Positions 14,280-23,054 of a stretch of 32,000 nucleotides of DNA are shown in pieces (the stretch's first letter is position 1; every line of letters begins with the position of its first letter). The position numbers and the translations under genes are program-made. The notes beneath the pieces are model-generated. The model did no database searches, was not told the DNA's origin, and was given only the letters and a program-made list of their open reading frames with translations. The stretch is from Xanthomonas campestris pv. campestris str. ATCC 33913 (GTDB taxonomy: Bacteria; Pseudomonadota; Gammaproteobacteria; Xanthomonadales; Xanthomonadaceae), in NCBI RefSeq assembly GCF_000007145.1, contig NC_003902.1, positions 30,001 through 62,000 of the forward strand, in the 5' to 3' direction.

Positions 14280-14660
14280 TCAGCCGCAGCGGACCGAGGT
14301 GATCATGTTCTTGGCGTCCACTTCCAGATTGAGCCGTTCGCCGTTGAACTCCATCGTGGTCATCTGGCCGGGTTTGAGCACACGCACCGCCTTGGCACCG
14401 GCGTCGTTGCGGGCTTGTTCGCTCACGGTTTCGGTCAAGGGCTGACCCACCAGCGATTGCACCTGGGTGGCATCGCAGGTGCCGATGGGCGGTGCGTCCG
14501 GTGCGGCAGCCGGTGCCGGGGCGGAGGCCTGTTCGGCGGCTTGCTGCGCCTTGGCGGAGACGGCTTCCTGCTCGTCCGGTTGCGGCTTGTTACAGGCGCT
14601 GAGTGCGGCCAGCACAACCAGCGTGCAGGCCAGGCGGGCGGTAGGCAGGACAAACCTCAT
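14280..14660 (-). CDS. Lipoprotein, peptidase-inhibitor I78-like
   Basis: The ORF is trimmed to the ATG at 14660, which gives a lipobox signal (MRFVLPTARLACTLVVLAALSAC). After an Ala/Pro/Gln linker, the C-terminal domain is C-DATQVQSLVGQ...VRVLKPGQMTTMEFNGERLNLEVDAKNMITSVRCG. This matches the I78 pattern as I remember it (C...G...VR.l.PG...T.d....RLN...D....I....CG). Confidence 0.7.
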   Translation of the reverse strand: MRFVLPTARLACTLVVLAALSACNKPQPDEQEAVSAKAQQAAEQASAPAPAAAPDAPPIGTCDATQVQSLVGQPLTETVSEQARNDAGAKAVRVLKPGQMTTMEFNGERLNLEVDAKNMITSVRCG

Positions 14661-14806
14661 CGATGACTCCAGCACAGGGGGATGGCCCAAGCATAAGCAC
14701 AAACGCCGCCGCAGGCATTGCTTGCGCACGCTGCGTTGCCATGACGTTGACGCGGCCTAGTCCGGCCCGGCCCAACAATCGGCGCCAGCCTTCCGATGTG
14801 TGCGCC

Positions 14807-16072
14807 ATGAAAGCCAACCGTGTTATTCGCAATGCCGCCGTCGCTGCCAGCACCGCGGGCAAGCTGGCCACCGTCGCCACCACTGCGGTGGCCGCCACCG
14901 CCGCCGTCACCACCGCTGCTGCGGTGGCCCAGGCCAAGGCCACCGCGCGTGCGGCCGGCCTGATCTATGTCAACGACCAGCAGCCCGGGATCAGCCGCCG
15001 CAAGGCTGGCAAAAACTTCAGCTACCGGGACGCGGACGGGCAGCGGGTGACCGATGCCGACACCTTGCAGCGGATCCGCGCGCTGGCCATTCCGCCGGCG
15101 TATACCGAGGTGTGGATCTGCGCCAAGCCCAACGGCCATCTGCAGGCCACCGGCCGCGATGCACGCCGGCGCAAGCAGTACCGCTACCACGCCGATTGGG
15201 CGCAGGTGCGGGGCGAAGGCAAGTTCGAGCGTGTGATCGCCTTCGGCGAAGCACTGCCGAAGTTGCGCCGCCGGCTGCGCCGCGATCTGCTGCTGCCGGG
15301 CTTCCCGCGTGAAAAAGTACTGGCCATCGTGGTGGCGTTGCTGGCTGACACGCTGGTGCGTGTGGGCAATGCCGAATACTCGCGCAGCAATCGCTCCTAC
15401 GGGCTGACCACGCTGCGCAACCGGCACATGGAATTTCTGAAAGGCGGCCGCGCGCGGCTCAAGTTCCGCGGTAAGAGTGGCCAAGAACATGAGATCGAAG
15501 TCGACGACAAGCACCTGGTCAAACTGATCCGCGAATGCCAGCAGCTGCCGGGGCAGTCGCTGTTTCAGTACAAGGATGATGACGGCCAGCTGCAGCCGGT
15601 GGATTCGGGCGAGGTCAACGACTATCTGCGCGAGGCGATGGGCGAGGACTTCACCGCAAAGGACTTCCGCACCTGGGGCGGCACGCTGGCGGCGTTGCAG
15701 CGCCTGGCGCGGCTGCCCGTGCCCGAGCGCAGCAGCGAGCGGGCACTCAAGCAGGTGCAGAACGATGTCATTCGCGAGGTGGCCGATGCACTGGGCAACA
15801 CGCCGTCGGTCTGCCGCAAAGCCTACATCGACCCTTGCGTGTTCGAAGGCTGGCGCGCTGGCGAGTTGCAGACCCTGGCCACCGGTGTGCGCGGCGAACG
15901 GCAATGGGAAGCGGCCACGCTGCGGTTCTTGAGCGCCTCGCGCGCCAAGGTGCGCAAGGTGGTGAAAGCGGCGAAGTCCTCGGCCACATCGGTCAAGCCA
16001 GCCAAGCGTGCGAGCAAGTGTGCCATCAAGCGGCCGACCACCACGAAGGCTGGAGCACGCAAGGCAGCGTGA
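14807..16072 (+). CDS. DNA topoisomerase IB
   Basis: The conserved bacterial TopIB core is present (IPPAYTEVWICAKPNGHLQATGRDARRRKQYRYH, LRVGNAEYSRSNRSYGLTTLR, FTAKDFRTWGGT, and SVCRKAYIDP, which holds the catalytic Tyr context). The start is tentatively the ATG at 14807. The alternative in-frame start at 14741 (first residue of MTLTRPS) is not excluded. Confidence 0.85.
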   Translation: MKANRVIRNAAVAASTAGKLATVATTAVAATAAVTTAAAVAQAKATARAAGLIYVNDQQPGISRRKAGKNFSYRDADGQRVTDADTLQRIRALAIPPAYTEVWICAKPNGHLQATGRDARRRKQYRYHADWAQVRGEGKFERVIAFGEALPKLRRRLRRDLLLPGFPREKVLAIVVALLADTLVRVGNAEYSRSNRSYGLTTLRNRHMEFLKGGRARLKFRGKSGQEHEIEVDDKHLVKLIRECQQLPGQSLFQYKDDDGQLQPVDSGEVNDYLREAMGEDFTAKDFRTWGGTLAALQRLARLPVPERSSERALKQVQNDVIREVADALGNTPSVCRKAYIDPCVFEGWRAGELQTLATGVRGERQWEAATLRFLSASRAKVRKVVKAAKSSATSVKPAKRASKCAIKRPTTTKAGARKAA

Positions 16073-16187
16073 TGCGGCGCGTGTCCTGGCGTGGTGCCGA
16101 GGCGATGGCGGTGTGCATTGCTTCGGGTGCCTTGTGCGTTTGTCGCGCGACCTGTTGTGCGCGCGGTGCGTGACCGGATTGCGCGAA

Positions 16188-16769
16188 TCAGCAGGCGTAC
16201 GAACGGCGCTGCAGGCGGTAGGTAGTCGCCGGCGGCAGGTTGCGATACGTGCGCCCGATTTTGACGGCCTCCAGATCGAGCTGGTCGAGAATGCAGTCGG
16301 GCACCGAGCACTTCAATCCGTAGGTAAACAGATACATGCGGCCATCATCCTTGAGATGCAGGAAGGCACCGCGCACGATCGCCGCCACCTGGTGCATGGG
16401 CATGGTCAGCAAGCCCAGGCCGCAGATCACCGCATCCACGCGCCCGCCGTCGATGCGCGGCAGTGCTTCCAGGCCGGTCACATCCATCTGCAGCAGGTTG
16501 GCACGGGGAAACCGCTGTTTGAGCAATGCGGAAAACGCCGCGTTGTACTCCAGCAGCACCAGATTGTTTTCCTGCACACCCCTGTCGAGCATCGCTTCGG
16601 TGAACACACCGGTGCCGGGGCCGAGTTCGAGCACCCGCTCGGTGGTATGCGAGAGCTCGGAGGTGATCACCGCGGCCAGCGCGCGCCCGGATGGAAGGAT
16701 CGCCGCAACCGATGCGGGCGCAGTGATCCATTCGCGAAAAAATGAAGTCCTGTACGAACGCGCCATCAA
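16188..16769 (-). CDS. Class I SAM-dependent methyltransferase (phospholipid N-methyltransferase-like, COG3963-type)
   Basis: The 193-aa ORF carries SAM motif I (VLELGPGTGVFT). The N-terminus FFREWITAPASVAAILPSGRALA is typical of the small phospholipid / rRNA-adenine methyltransferase-like group. Confidence 0.75.
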   Translation of the reverse strand: MMARSYRTSFFREWITAPASVAAILPSGRALAAVITSELSHTTERVLELGPGTGVFTEAMLDRGVQENNLVLLEYNAAFSALLKQRFPRANLLQMDVTGLEALPRIDGGRVDAVICGLGLLTMPMHQVAAIVRGAFLHLKDDGRMYLFTYGLKCSVPDCILDQLDLEAVKIGRTYRNLPPATTYRLQRRSYAC

Positions 16770-17690
16770 TCCTCACACCGGTTGCAGAGTCTGGCTCAGG
16801 CACCTGCCGCCTACCTTGTGGATGCAGTGTGCCAGCACGCCGCGCAAGGCATCCACGCAAGGATGAGTCCGCCGGCAGTCTGTCGCGGGCGGTGGGATGT
16901 TTTCAACCGTTTGTGGCTGGGCGGGTGTTCGCGGTGGTGCGTGCGTTCAGTGCGCGCGCGATGTCTTTGTGGAGTAGCAACGTCGCGAAATGCATCCGCG
17001 CATTGGTCACGGCGCTGCACTGTGCGCGGTTGCTGACAGGGCTTCAGAGCGAGCGGCAACGGGCACTGCGGGGCGATGCGAACGCTCGGTCATGCAAGGA
17101 TGTGCAGTGTGGATGGCAGCAGAAGACAGCTGCTGCCAACTAGACGACAGCTCAGCCGGCGACGTCGCACGGTCGCATGTGCATGTGCGTAGGCATTGTG
17201 TGGCGTTGCATACCGGCGCGATGCGTTAGCGACCGGCAACGGTCGGGACCATCGGAAAGGGTCGGGTGGCTGCCGGAGACACCGGGAAGAGCCAAGCGGC
17301 TGCCACAACGGCTCGCAGCCAGACCTTGCTCATGTTGGGCGACACGCCGTCTTGCGCGCATGCGGATGCCACTGCTTGCCGATGCCGCAGCCCAGCCTTG
17401 CTGGCGCTGCGCCAATTTTCGCCTGTCGGATCGTGTGGCACAGCGTTGCTGTGCGCGACGGTCGTTTGGAGAGCACTTCAACGTATCGGCATCAGGCGAA
17501 CTGCAGGGCCGCAACCTGCGCGCATCGGCGTGGCTTCAACGCAATTCGGACCGATGCGCCATGCGTATGGTCCGCGCGTTGTGCCGCATGGCTTTATCCA
17601 ATGCCATCGGCGCCCAGCAGACGTATGCGAATGCGCCGCGCTGGCGAGACGCCAGGCGGCGATGGCGCGCCGAAGCGCGTGCGGGCCTGC

Positions 17691-18035
17691 TCAGCCGCAA
17701 TAGATGGCGGTGATGTTGTCGTTCGGGCCGGTCTCGATGGTGAGGTGATCGCCGCCGGTTTCGCTTGCGCCCTGGGCCGGGTCGGCCAGGCCGCTGGCGG
17801 TGGTGCCGCCGGTGCTGCGCTCGCCACGGCGCACGCTGACCTGCAGGCTGTCGCTATCCACGCGGGCGCGTTCCACGGTCTGCGCCGCGGCGGCCAGACC
17901 CACGGCGCCGCGTACTTTGTCGGTATGGCACTGGCCGGAGATCACGCCATCGATCGGCTGCACCTGCGCAACCTGGTTGGTGCTGCACGCCGACAGCAGC
18001 AGGACGGCGGCAAGCGGGGCGAGGGTGCGGACCAT
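17691..18035 (-). CDS. Small lipoprotein, distant I78-like
   Basis: The ORF is trimmed to the ATG at 18035, which follows GGAG. The lipobox signal is MVRTLAPLAAVLLLSAC. A Cys opens the domain and the ending is ...DHLTIETGPNDNITAIYCG, parallel to the gene at 14280..14660. The central part is much more divergent. Confidence 0.5.
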   Translation of the reverse strand: MVRTLAPLAAVLLLSACSTNQVAQVQPIDGVISGQCHTDKVRGAVGLAAAAQTVERARVDSDSLQVSVRRGERSTGGTTASGLADPAQGASETGGDHLTIETGPNDNITAIYCG

Positions 18036-18574
18036 GGCGATCTCCAGCGGGAAGAATGGCCGCAAGCGTGAAGGCCGCGCTGTGGGGATTGGATGAAGAC
18101 GCCGGTGCTTGCGACGCGTGTAGCGAACCGTTGAGCAGATGTCGCGCGCTGGTTGGGGCATCGGGTTCGCATGTGCTGCTGTCACAGCCAGTTGGAGGAG
18201 CGTGCCGCGATCAGTAGTCAGCGGTCAGCACGATCAAGCCTCCTTTGCAACGCGGAAGGACGCATATACGTTGCCGCTGTCCGCTCCAGTTGGTGCGAGG
18301 CGGCCATCAGCTATCAGCAGCCAGCGTCACGAAGGCCCTACCGTACTGCAACAGATGCCTACGCTATGTGCTGCGCAGCAGGCAATGACGCAACGCGCGC
18401 TGCGATCTAGGCGGCTCAGAGCCAAGCCGGCTGGCCACTGCCAGCAACCAGTCGATTACTTCGAATAGTGGACGACTTCACTCCAAATCTTCCGTCTAGT
18501 CGATCAATGCGGCGGCGCCTAGTCTTTCCCTCACCGGAGCAGACCGCTCCACCAACACCCCAAGGGGAACCGAC

Positions 18575-19465
18575 ATGAACGCACAACTGGCCTCCTTCCA
18601 CGCCGATCCGCCGTCGCAGGGCGCGCCGACCGTGCCGTCCGCCGCCCGGCCGCGCCCGGTGGTGTTCCGTACCAGTGGCACCCGTCGCGGCCCGATCACC
18701 CGGCTGATGAGCCCGGGCGACCTGGGCCAGCTGGTCAAGCCGTTCGTGTTCCTGGACCTGTTCACCGTCAAGCCGACGGTTGGCGGGGCGCCGATGGGCA
18801 TGCATCCGCATTCGGGTATCGCCACGCTGACCTACCTGATGGAGGGCGAGGTGGGCTACGAAGACAGCACCGGCAAGCACGGCACCCTGCCCACCGGCGG
18901 AGTGGAGTGGATGCGCGCCGGCAACGGCGTCTGGCACGACGGCATGCCGGTGGGCGGCGCGTCGGCGGTGGGTTTCCAGCTCTGGGTGGCGCTGCCGGCC
19001 GCCGAGGAGAACGCCCCGGCGCAAAGCCTGTATCTGTCGCCCGAGCAGGTGCCCAGCGTGGGCCCGGCGCGGGTGTTGCTGGGGCGCTATGGCCAGGCGC
19101 AGAGCCTGATCCCGGCACCGGCCGACATGACCTACCTCCGCGTGCAGCTGGCCGACGGCGAGCGTTGGCGCTACGTGCCGCCGGCCGGCCACGACGTGGC
19201 CTGGATCGCGGTGCACGGTGGGCAGCTGGAGGCGGCCGAAACCATCGCCAGCGGGCACATGGCGGTGTTCAAGGACGGCGAGCAGGCGATCGAGGTGACT
19301 GCGGTTGGCCCGACCACCTTCGTGCTCGGCTCGGCGGTCAAGCATCCGCACGATCTGGTGATGGGCCATTACTCGGTGCACACCAACGCGGCCAGCCTGG
19401 CCCAGGGCGAAGCGGAGATCCGCCGCATCGGCGCGCAGCTGCGCAGCCAGGGGCGCCTGGGTTGA
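18575..19465 (+). CDS. Pirin family (bicupin) protein
   Basis: The 296-aa ORF has the N-terminal cupin metal-site context (MGMHPHSGIATLTYLMEGEVGYEDSTG). The overall length and C-terminal cupin are typical of pirins. Confidence 0.85.
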   Translation: MNAQLASFHADPPSQGAPTVPSAARPRPVVFRTSGTRRGPITRLMSPGDLGQLVKPFVFLDLFTVKPTVGGAPMGMHPHSGIATLTYLMEGEVGYEDSTGKHGTLPTGGVEWMRAGNGVWHDGMPVGGASAVGFQLWVALPAAEENAPAQSLYLSPEQVPSVGPARVLLGRYGQAQSLIPAPADMTYLRVQLADGERWRYVPPAGHDVAWIAVHGGQLEAAETIASGHMAVFKDGEQAIEVTAVGPTTFVLGSAVKHPHDLVMGHYSVHTNAASLAQGEAEIRRIGAQLRSQGRLG

Positions 19466-19789
19466 GCAACGCGATCGGCGGCATGCGTGCCGCCGATCAC
19501 TGCGCTGCACCCAGGACGGAGCAGCGCAACGCGCTGATGCCATTGCCCGCAGGAATTGCGCCACGCCACGCATCTCAGCCGTGCGCTGCAGTGCAGATGC
19601 GTCTTCGCACGATGTAGCCACGGCCTGACGCGCTGCAGCTTGCGCTGTTCTCCGCTTTCAACAGGGCGCTGTGACCACCACCCGTGTGCACAGCGCTCCA
19701 TGACTCACCGCCAGACCACCGCAGCAACGCCTTCGGGCGTTGCCGCACCCCGCGCATCACTTTCCATCACTTCCATCAGAGACATCACC

Positions 19790-20403
19790 ATGAAACTGCT
19801 CCATCTCGATTCCAGCATCCTGGGCGACTATTCCGCCAGCCGCCAACTCACCGCCAGCATCGTGGCCAAGTTGCAGGCCGCCGATCCGGCGCTGCAGTAC
19901 ACCTACCGCGACCTGGCGGCCAACCCGATCGGCCACCTGTCCGGCGCACATCTGGCGGCCGCGCAAAACCCACCGGCGACCAGACGCCGGAGCTGGCCAA
20001 CGACCTGGCGCTAGGCGTGCAGGTGCTGCAGGAATTCCTGGATGCCGACACGGTGGTGATCGGCGTGGCGCTGTACAACTTCACCATCTCCACCCAGCTC
20101 AAGGCATGGATCGACCGCGTGCTGGTGGCCGGCAAGACCTTCCGCTACACCGCCGAAGGCGCGCTCGAAGGGCTGGCCGGCAACAAGCGGGTGATCCTGG
20201 CGGTGGCGCGCGGTGGCCGCTATGGCGAAGGCTCGCCGACGGCGGCACTGGAGCATGCGGAAACCTACATGCGCGCCGCGCTGGGATTCGTTGGTCTGCA
20301 TCAACCGGAAGTGGTGGTTGCCGAAGGCCTGGCCCTGGGCCCGGAGGCACGCGCCGCCGGCATGGCCGCTGCGCAGGCGCAGATCGACGCCTTGCCGGTG
20401 TGA
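19790..20403 (+). pseudogene. azoR: FMN-dependent NADH-azoreductase (AzoR/AcpD family), frameshifted
   Basis: The N-terminal part, [21 protein letters not shown]...[11 protein letters not shown], is in one frame and stops at 20014. The C-terminal part, ...[52 protein letters not shown]...FRYT..., continues in another frame to 20403. The frames switch within about 19950-19980, a stretch that contains an A4 run at 19965-19968. Confidence 0.75.
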
Positions 20404-20485
20404 TCCGGTGCTGGCGGTTGCATGCCGCTCGCAGCAACCGGTTGGCGCGGTGAGGTATCGCTGCGCCGACGTGATCTTCAAGCAG

Positions 20486-20516
20486 ACACATCGAGCGATT
20501 GCATCGCTCGACGTGT
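20486..20516. terminator. Strong hairpin in the convergent azoR / LysR intergenic region
   Basis: ACACATCGAGCGAT (20486-20499), loop TGC, ATCGCTCGACGTGT (20503-20516). The stem pairs at 13 of 14 positions. There is no flanking T-run on either strand. Confidence 0.35.
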
Positions 20517-20747
20517 GTTGTGGAAAGCGGTACAGACACCACTTGCGTACGCCTTGGCGCAGCGATCAACACGATTGCGCAGCCACCAGGCGGGCGTGGC
20601 TGGCGCTTGGAATCTGCAAGTACCCGTACACCCAGGTTCCCTGCGCGCGTCTGACGGTTGCGCGCTACGTTTTGTTAGCTGCACTTAGTCGCAAAACGCG
20701 CGCAGGAAATCATCGATCATCTACTCAACCAATGCCCGCGCACCGCG

Positions 20748-21650
20748 CTACATCGCATTCAAGCGCGCGCTGACCGCCTCGATAAACGCCGTCACCGCGC
20801 GCGGCTGATGCCGCCGGCTGGGATACAGCGCATGCACGCCCTGGCCATTGCGCTGGAAATCCGGCAACACCGTGACCAGGCGGCCTTCGGCCACATCCGG
20901 CCAGGTCAGTGCCTGCGGCAACAAGGCGATTCCCAGCCCGGCCACGGCCGCCAAGCGTAGCGCGCGCGCTGTATTTGCGGCAAAACGGGTGGGCACCTGC
21001 ACTGTCTCGGCAAGCCCGGACGGACCTACCAGCGTCCAGCTGACGTGCCCGCTGGGATGCGGAATGCCCAGGCAATCGTGCTGCGGCAGCTCATCCAGGC
21101 GCAGCGGCCTGCCACGTGCCTGCAGATAACCTGGGCTCGCCACCAGCACATCGCGGTTGTCGGCCAGGATCGGCCGCCCCACGTAACTGGAGTCGGCCAG
21201 GATGCCGGCGCGAAATGCCACGTCGATGCGCTCGGCAATCAGATCCGCGCGCGCATCGCTGAGCAAGAATTCCAGGCGCACGCGCGGATGCGCGGCCAGG
21301 AAGTCGGCCACCCATTCGACCCGGAAGAAATCCAGGAAATCCGCCGGCGCTGCCACCCGCACCAGGCCAGCGACCTCCTCGCCACCGGCCACCAGCGATT
21401 GCCCGGCATCGGTCAGCCCGTCCACCGCATCGCCGCAACGTTCGTAAAACGCCTGCCCGGCATCGGTCAGGGTGAGCTTGCGGGTGGAGCGCTGCATCAG
21501 CCGCGTATCCAGCTGCGCTTCGAGCTGCTGCACGCGCCGGCTCACGCTATTGGGCGCGGTGCCCAGCCGGCGCGCGGCCTCGGCAAAACTGCCGCTACGC
21601 ACGACCTGCACATACAGCGCAATGTCATTGAGGTCGATCACGGCAGGCAC
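20748..21650 (-). CDS. LysR family transcriptional regulator
   Basis: The 300-aa ORF has an N-terminal wHTH (LNDIALYVQVVRSGSFAEAARRLGTAPNSVSRRVQQLEAQLDTRLMQRSTRKLTLTDAG) followed by a LysR substrate-binding domain. It uses a GTG start at 21650; there is no upstream in-frame ATG. Confidence 0.88.
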   Translation of the reverse strand: MPAVIDLNDIALYVQVVRSGSFAEAARRLGTAPNSVSRRVQQLEAQLDTRLMQRSTRKLTLTDAGQAFYERCGDAVDGLTDAGQSLVAGGEEVAGLVRVAAPADFLDFFRVEWVADFLAAHPRVRLEFLLSDARADLIAERIDVAFRAGILADSSYVGRPILADNRDVLVASPGYLQARGRPLRLDELPQHDCLGIPHPSGHVSWTLVGPSGLAETVQVPTRFAANTARALRLAAVAGLGIALLPQALTWPDVAEGRLVTVLPDFQRNGQGVHALYPSRRHQPRAVTAFIEAVSARLNAM

Positions 21651-21940
21651 ACCTTTGTCGGTCTGCGGTGAGTTTAAGCGCGCCGGGGATCAGGTGTTGT
21701 GCGTCGGACGGCAGGCGCTGATCAGGCCCGACGCGTCCCTGCATGGATGCGGTTGAACCGGTGTGCAGGCAAGCAAACAGCCAATTACGCGTAAGTGCCA
21801 ACGTCGAGCACGGAGCGCGCAATGCCGAGTAGGAGCGCATTTGCGCGCGATGAAGCCTTCTCGGGAACGCCCCCTCGCGCGCAAGCGCGCTCCTACAAAA
21901 GCCACGGGCCATCGTCCCTGACAGCCCGCATGACAACGGC

Positions 21941-22246
21941 TCAGTCGAGCGTCTCCAGCAGATCCACCTGCCGGCTGCTCAGCAGCGGCACGATGCGTTC
22001 GACCACCAGGCTGCTGTAGTGCGTGCTGCTGCGGTGCGCTTCGATGGCAGCGCTGTCGCGGTAGCGTTCGATCAGCACGATGCACTCCAGTGCTTGCGGT
22101 GCATGCAGCACCTCGTATCCGAGGCAGCCGGGTTCCTGCAGCGACTGCCGCTGCAGCTCTGGCAGCAGCGCCAGCACTATGGCGCGCGCGCTGGCAGGCA
22201 CGCTCCAGCGCGCCACCACCACGATGGGGCGGGCCGGCGCGCTCAT
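21941..22246 (-). CDS. ABM-domain (antibiotic biosynthesis monooxygenase / YgiN-like quinol monooxygenase) protein
   Basis: The 101-aa ORF shows a ferredoxin-like ABM pattern (IVVVARWSV...EPGCLGYEVL......VLIERYRDSAAIEAHRSSTHY). Its ATG overlaps the upstream gene's stop codon (ATGA at 22243-22246). Confidence 0.75.
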   Translation of the reverse strand: MSAPARPIVVVARWSVPASARAIVLALLPELQRQSLQEPGCLGYEVLHAPQALECIVLIERYRDSAAIEAHRSSTHYSSLVVERIVPLLSSRQVDLLETLD

Positions 22247-22920
22247 GCCTGCACCTGCAGTGCGGCCACCAGTGCGTGCGCAAGCGGGCCGGCAGAGGCG
22301 GGGTTCTGGCCGGTGATCAGCGTGCCGTCCACCACCACATGCGGCTGCCAGTCTGCGCCGGCAACGTACAGCGCACCTTCCTCGCGCAAGGCGGATTCAA
22401 GGTCGAACGGCACATCGGCGCGCGCGTAGCCGTCCTCCTCGGCGGTGGAAAAACCGGTGACGCGACGGCCCTGGACCAAAGCGGTGCCATCGTCCAGCGT
22501 GATGCCCAGCAGCGCGGACGGGCCGTGGCAGACAGCGGCGACCAGCATGTCGGCCTCCCACGCCTGCTTGATCAACGCCTGCACATCGCGGTTCCCGCTG
22601 ACATCCACCATCGGGCCCAGCCCGCCGGGCACGAACACGGCGTCGTAATCGCGCACGTCCACTTCCGACAACTTGCGGCTATGCGCCATGCGGCCGAAAG
22701 CCCTGCTGTGGCGAAACGCCAGCTGCGCCGCATCAGACGCGTCGTAGCCATCCTCCGGTGCCGCGCCACCGGCAGGCGAGGCGAATTCGATCGCGATGCC
22801 AGCCTGCTCCAGCACCTCGACCGGGTGCGCCACTTCCGGGAAGAAGTAGCCGGTGGGGCGCTGATGGGGACCGATCTGGCCGGCGTTTGTCAGTACGAAC
22901 AAGACATGCTTGATGTGCAT
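22243..22920 (-). CDS. DJ-1/PfpI (type 1 glutamine amidotransferase-like) family protein
   Basis: The 225-aa ORF has its ATG at 22920, preceded by AAGGAG. It has the nucleophile-elbow context AAVCHGPSALL and the N-terminal VLFVLTN...G.FF.E pattern typical of the Hsp31/DJ-1 class. Confidence 0.85.
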   Translation of the reverse strand: MHIKHVLFVLTNAGQIGPHQRPTGYFFPEVAHPVEVLEQAGIAIEFASPAGGAAPEDGYDASDAAQLAFRHSRAFGRMAHSRKLSEVDVRDYDAVFVPGGLGPMVDVSGNRDVQALIKQAWEADMLVAAVCHGPSALLGITLDDGTALVQGRRVTGFSTAEEDGYARADVPFDLESALREEGALYVAGADWQPHVVVDGTLITGQNPASAGPLAHALVAALQVQA

Positions 22921-23015
22921 TGCGCTCTCCTTGAGGGTGGTTGAGTCCGGCAGCAGCCGGTGGAGAGACGATAGAAGGCGTGCAGTGCTGGCAGTAGACA
23001 GCGAGCGGCTGACAG

Positions 23016-23030
23016 ATTGTAAAATTCAAT
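23016..23030. promoter_or_regulatory. Candidate LysR box (T-N11-A dyad) in the divergent DJ-1 / LysR intergenic region
   Basis: ATTGTAAAATTCAAT is the dyad ATTG-N7-CAAT and contains T-N11-A. It is an AT-rich patch in an otherwise GC-rich 134-bp divergent promoter region, 25 bp upstream of the LysR ATG. Confidence 0.45.
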
Positions 23031-23054
23031 AAGACAAATGCACTTGAGGCTGCC

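Noticed and set aside
17226-17333. A 35-aa ORF (MSKVWLRAVVAAAWLFPVSPAA...) in the gene-less stretch that looks like a small hydrophobic peptide.
   Set aside because: There is no Shine-Dalgarno sequence upstream of its ATG, it is very short, and I have no conservation information. This is insufficient evidence to call it.
20414-20439. The hairpin CGGTTGC-N12-GCAACCG just after the azoR stop as a terminator.
   Set aside because: It has a short 7-bp stem, a 12-nt loop and no T-run. The stronger 14-bp hairpin at 20486-20516 is reported instead.
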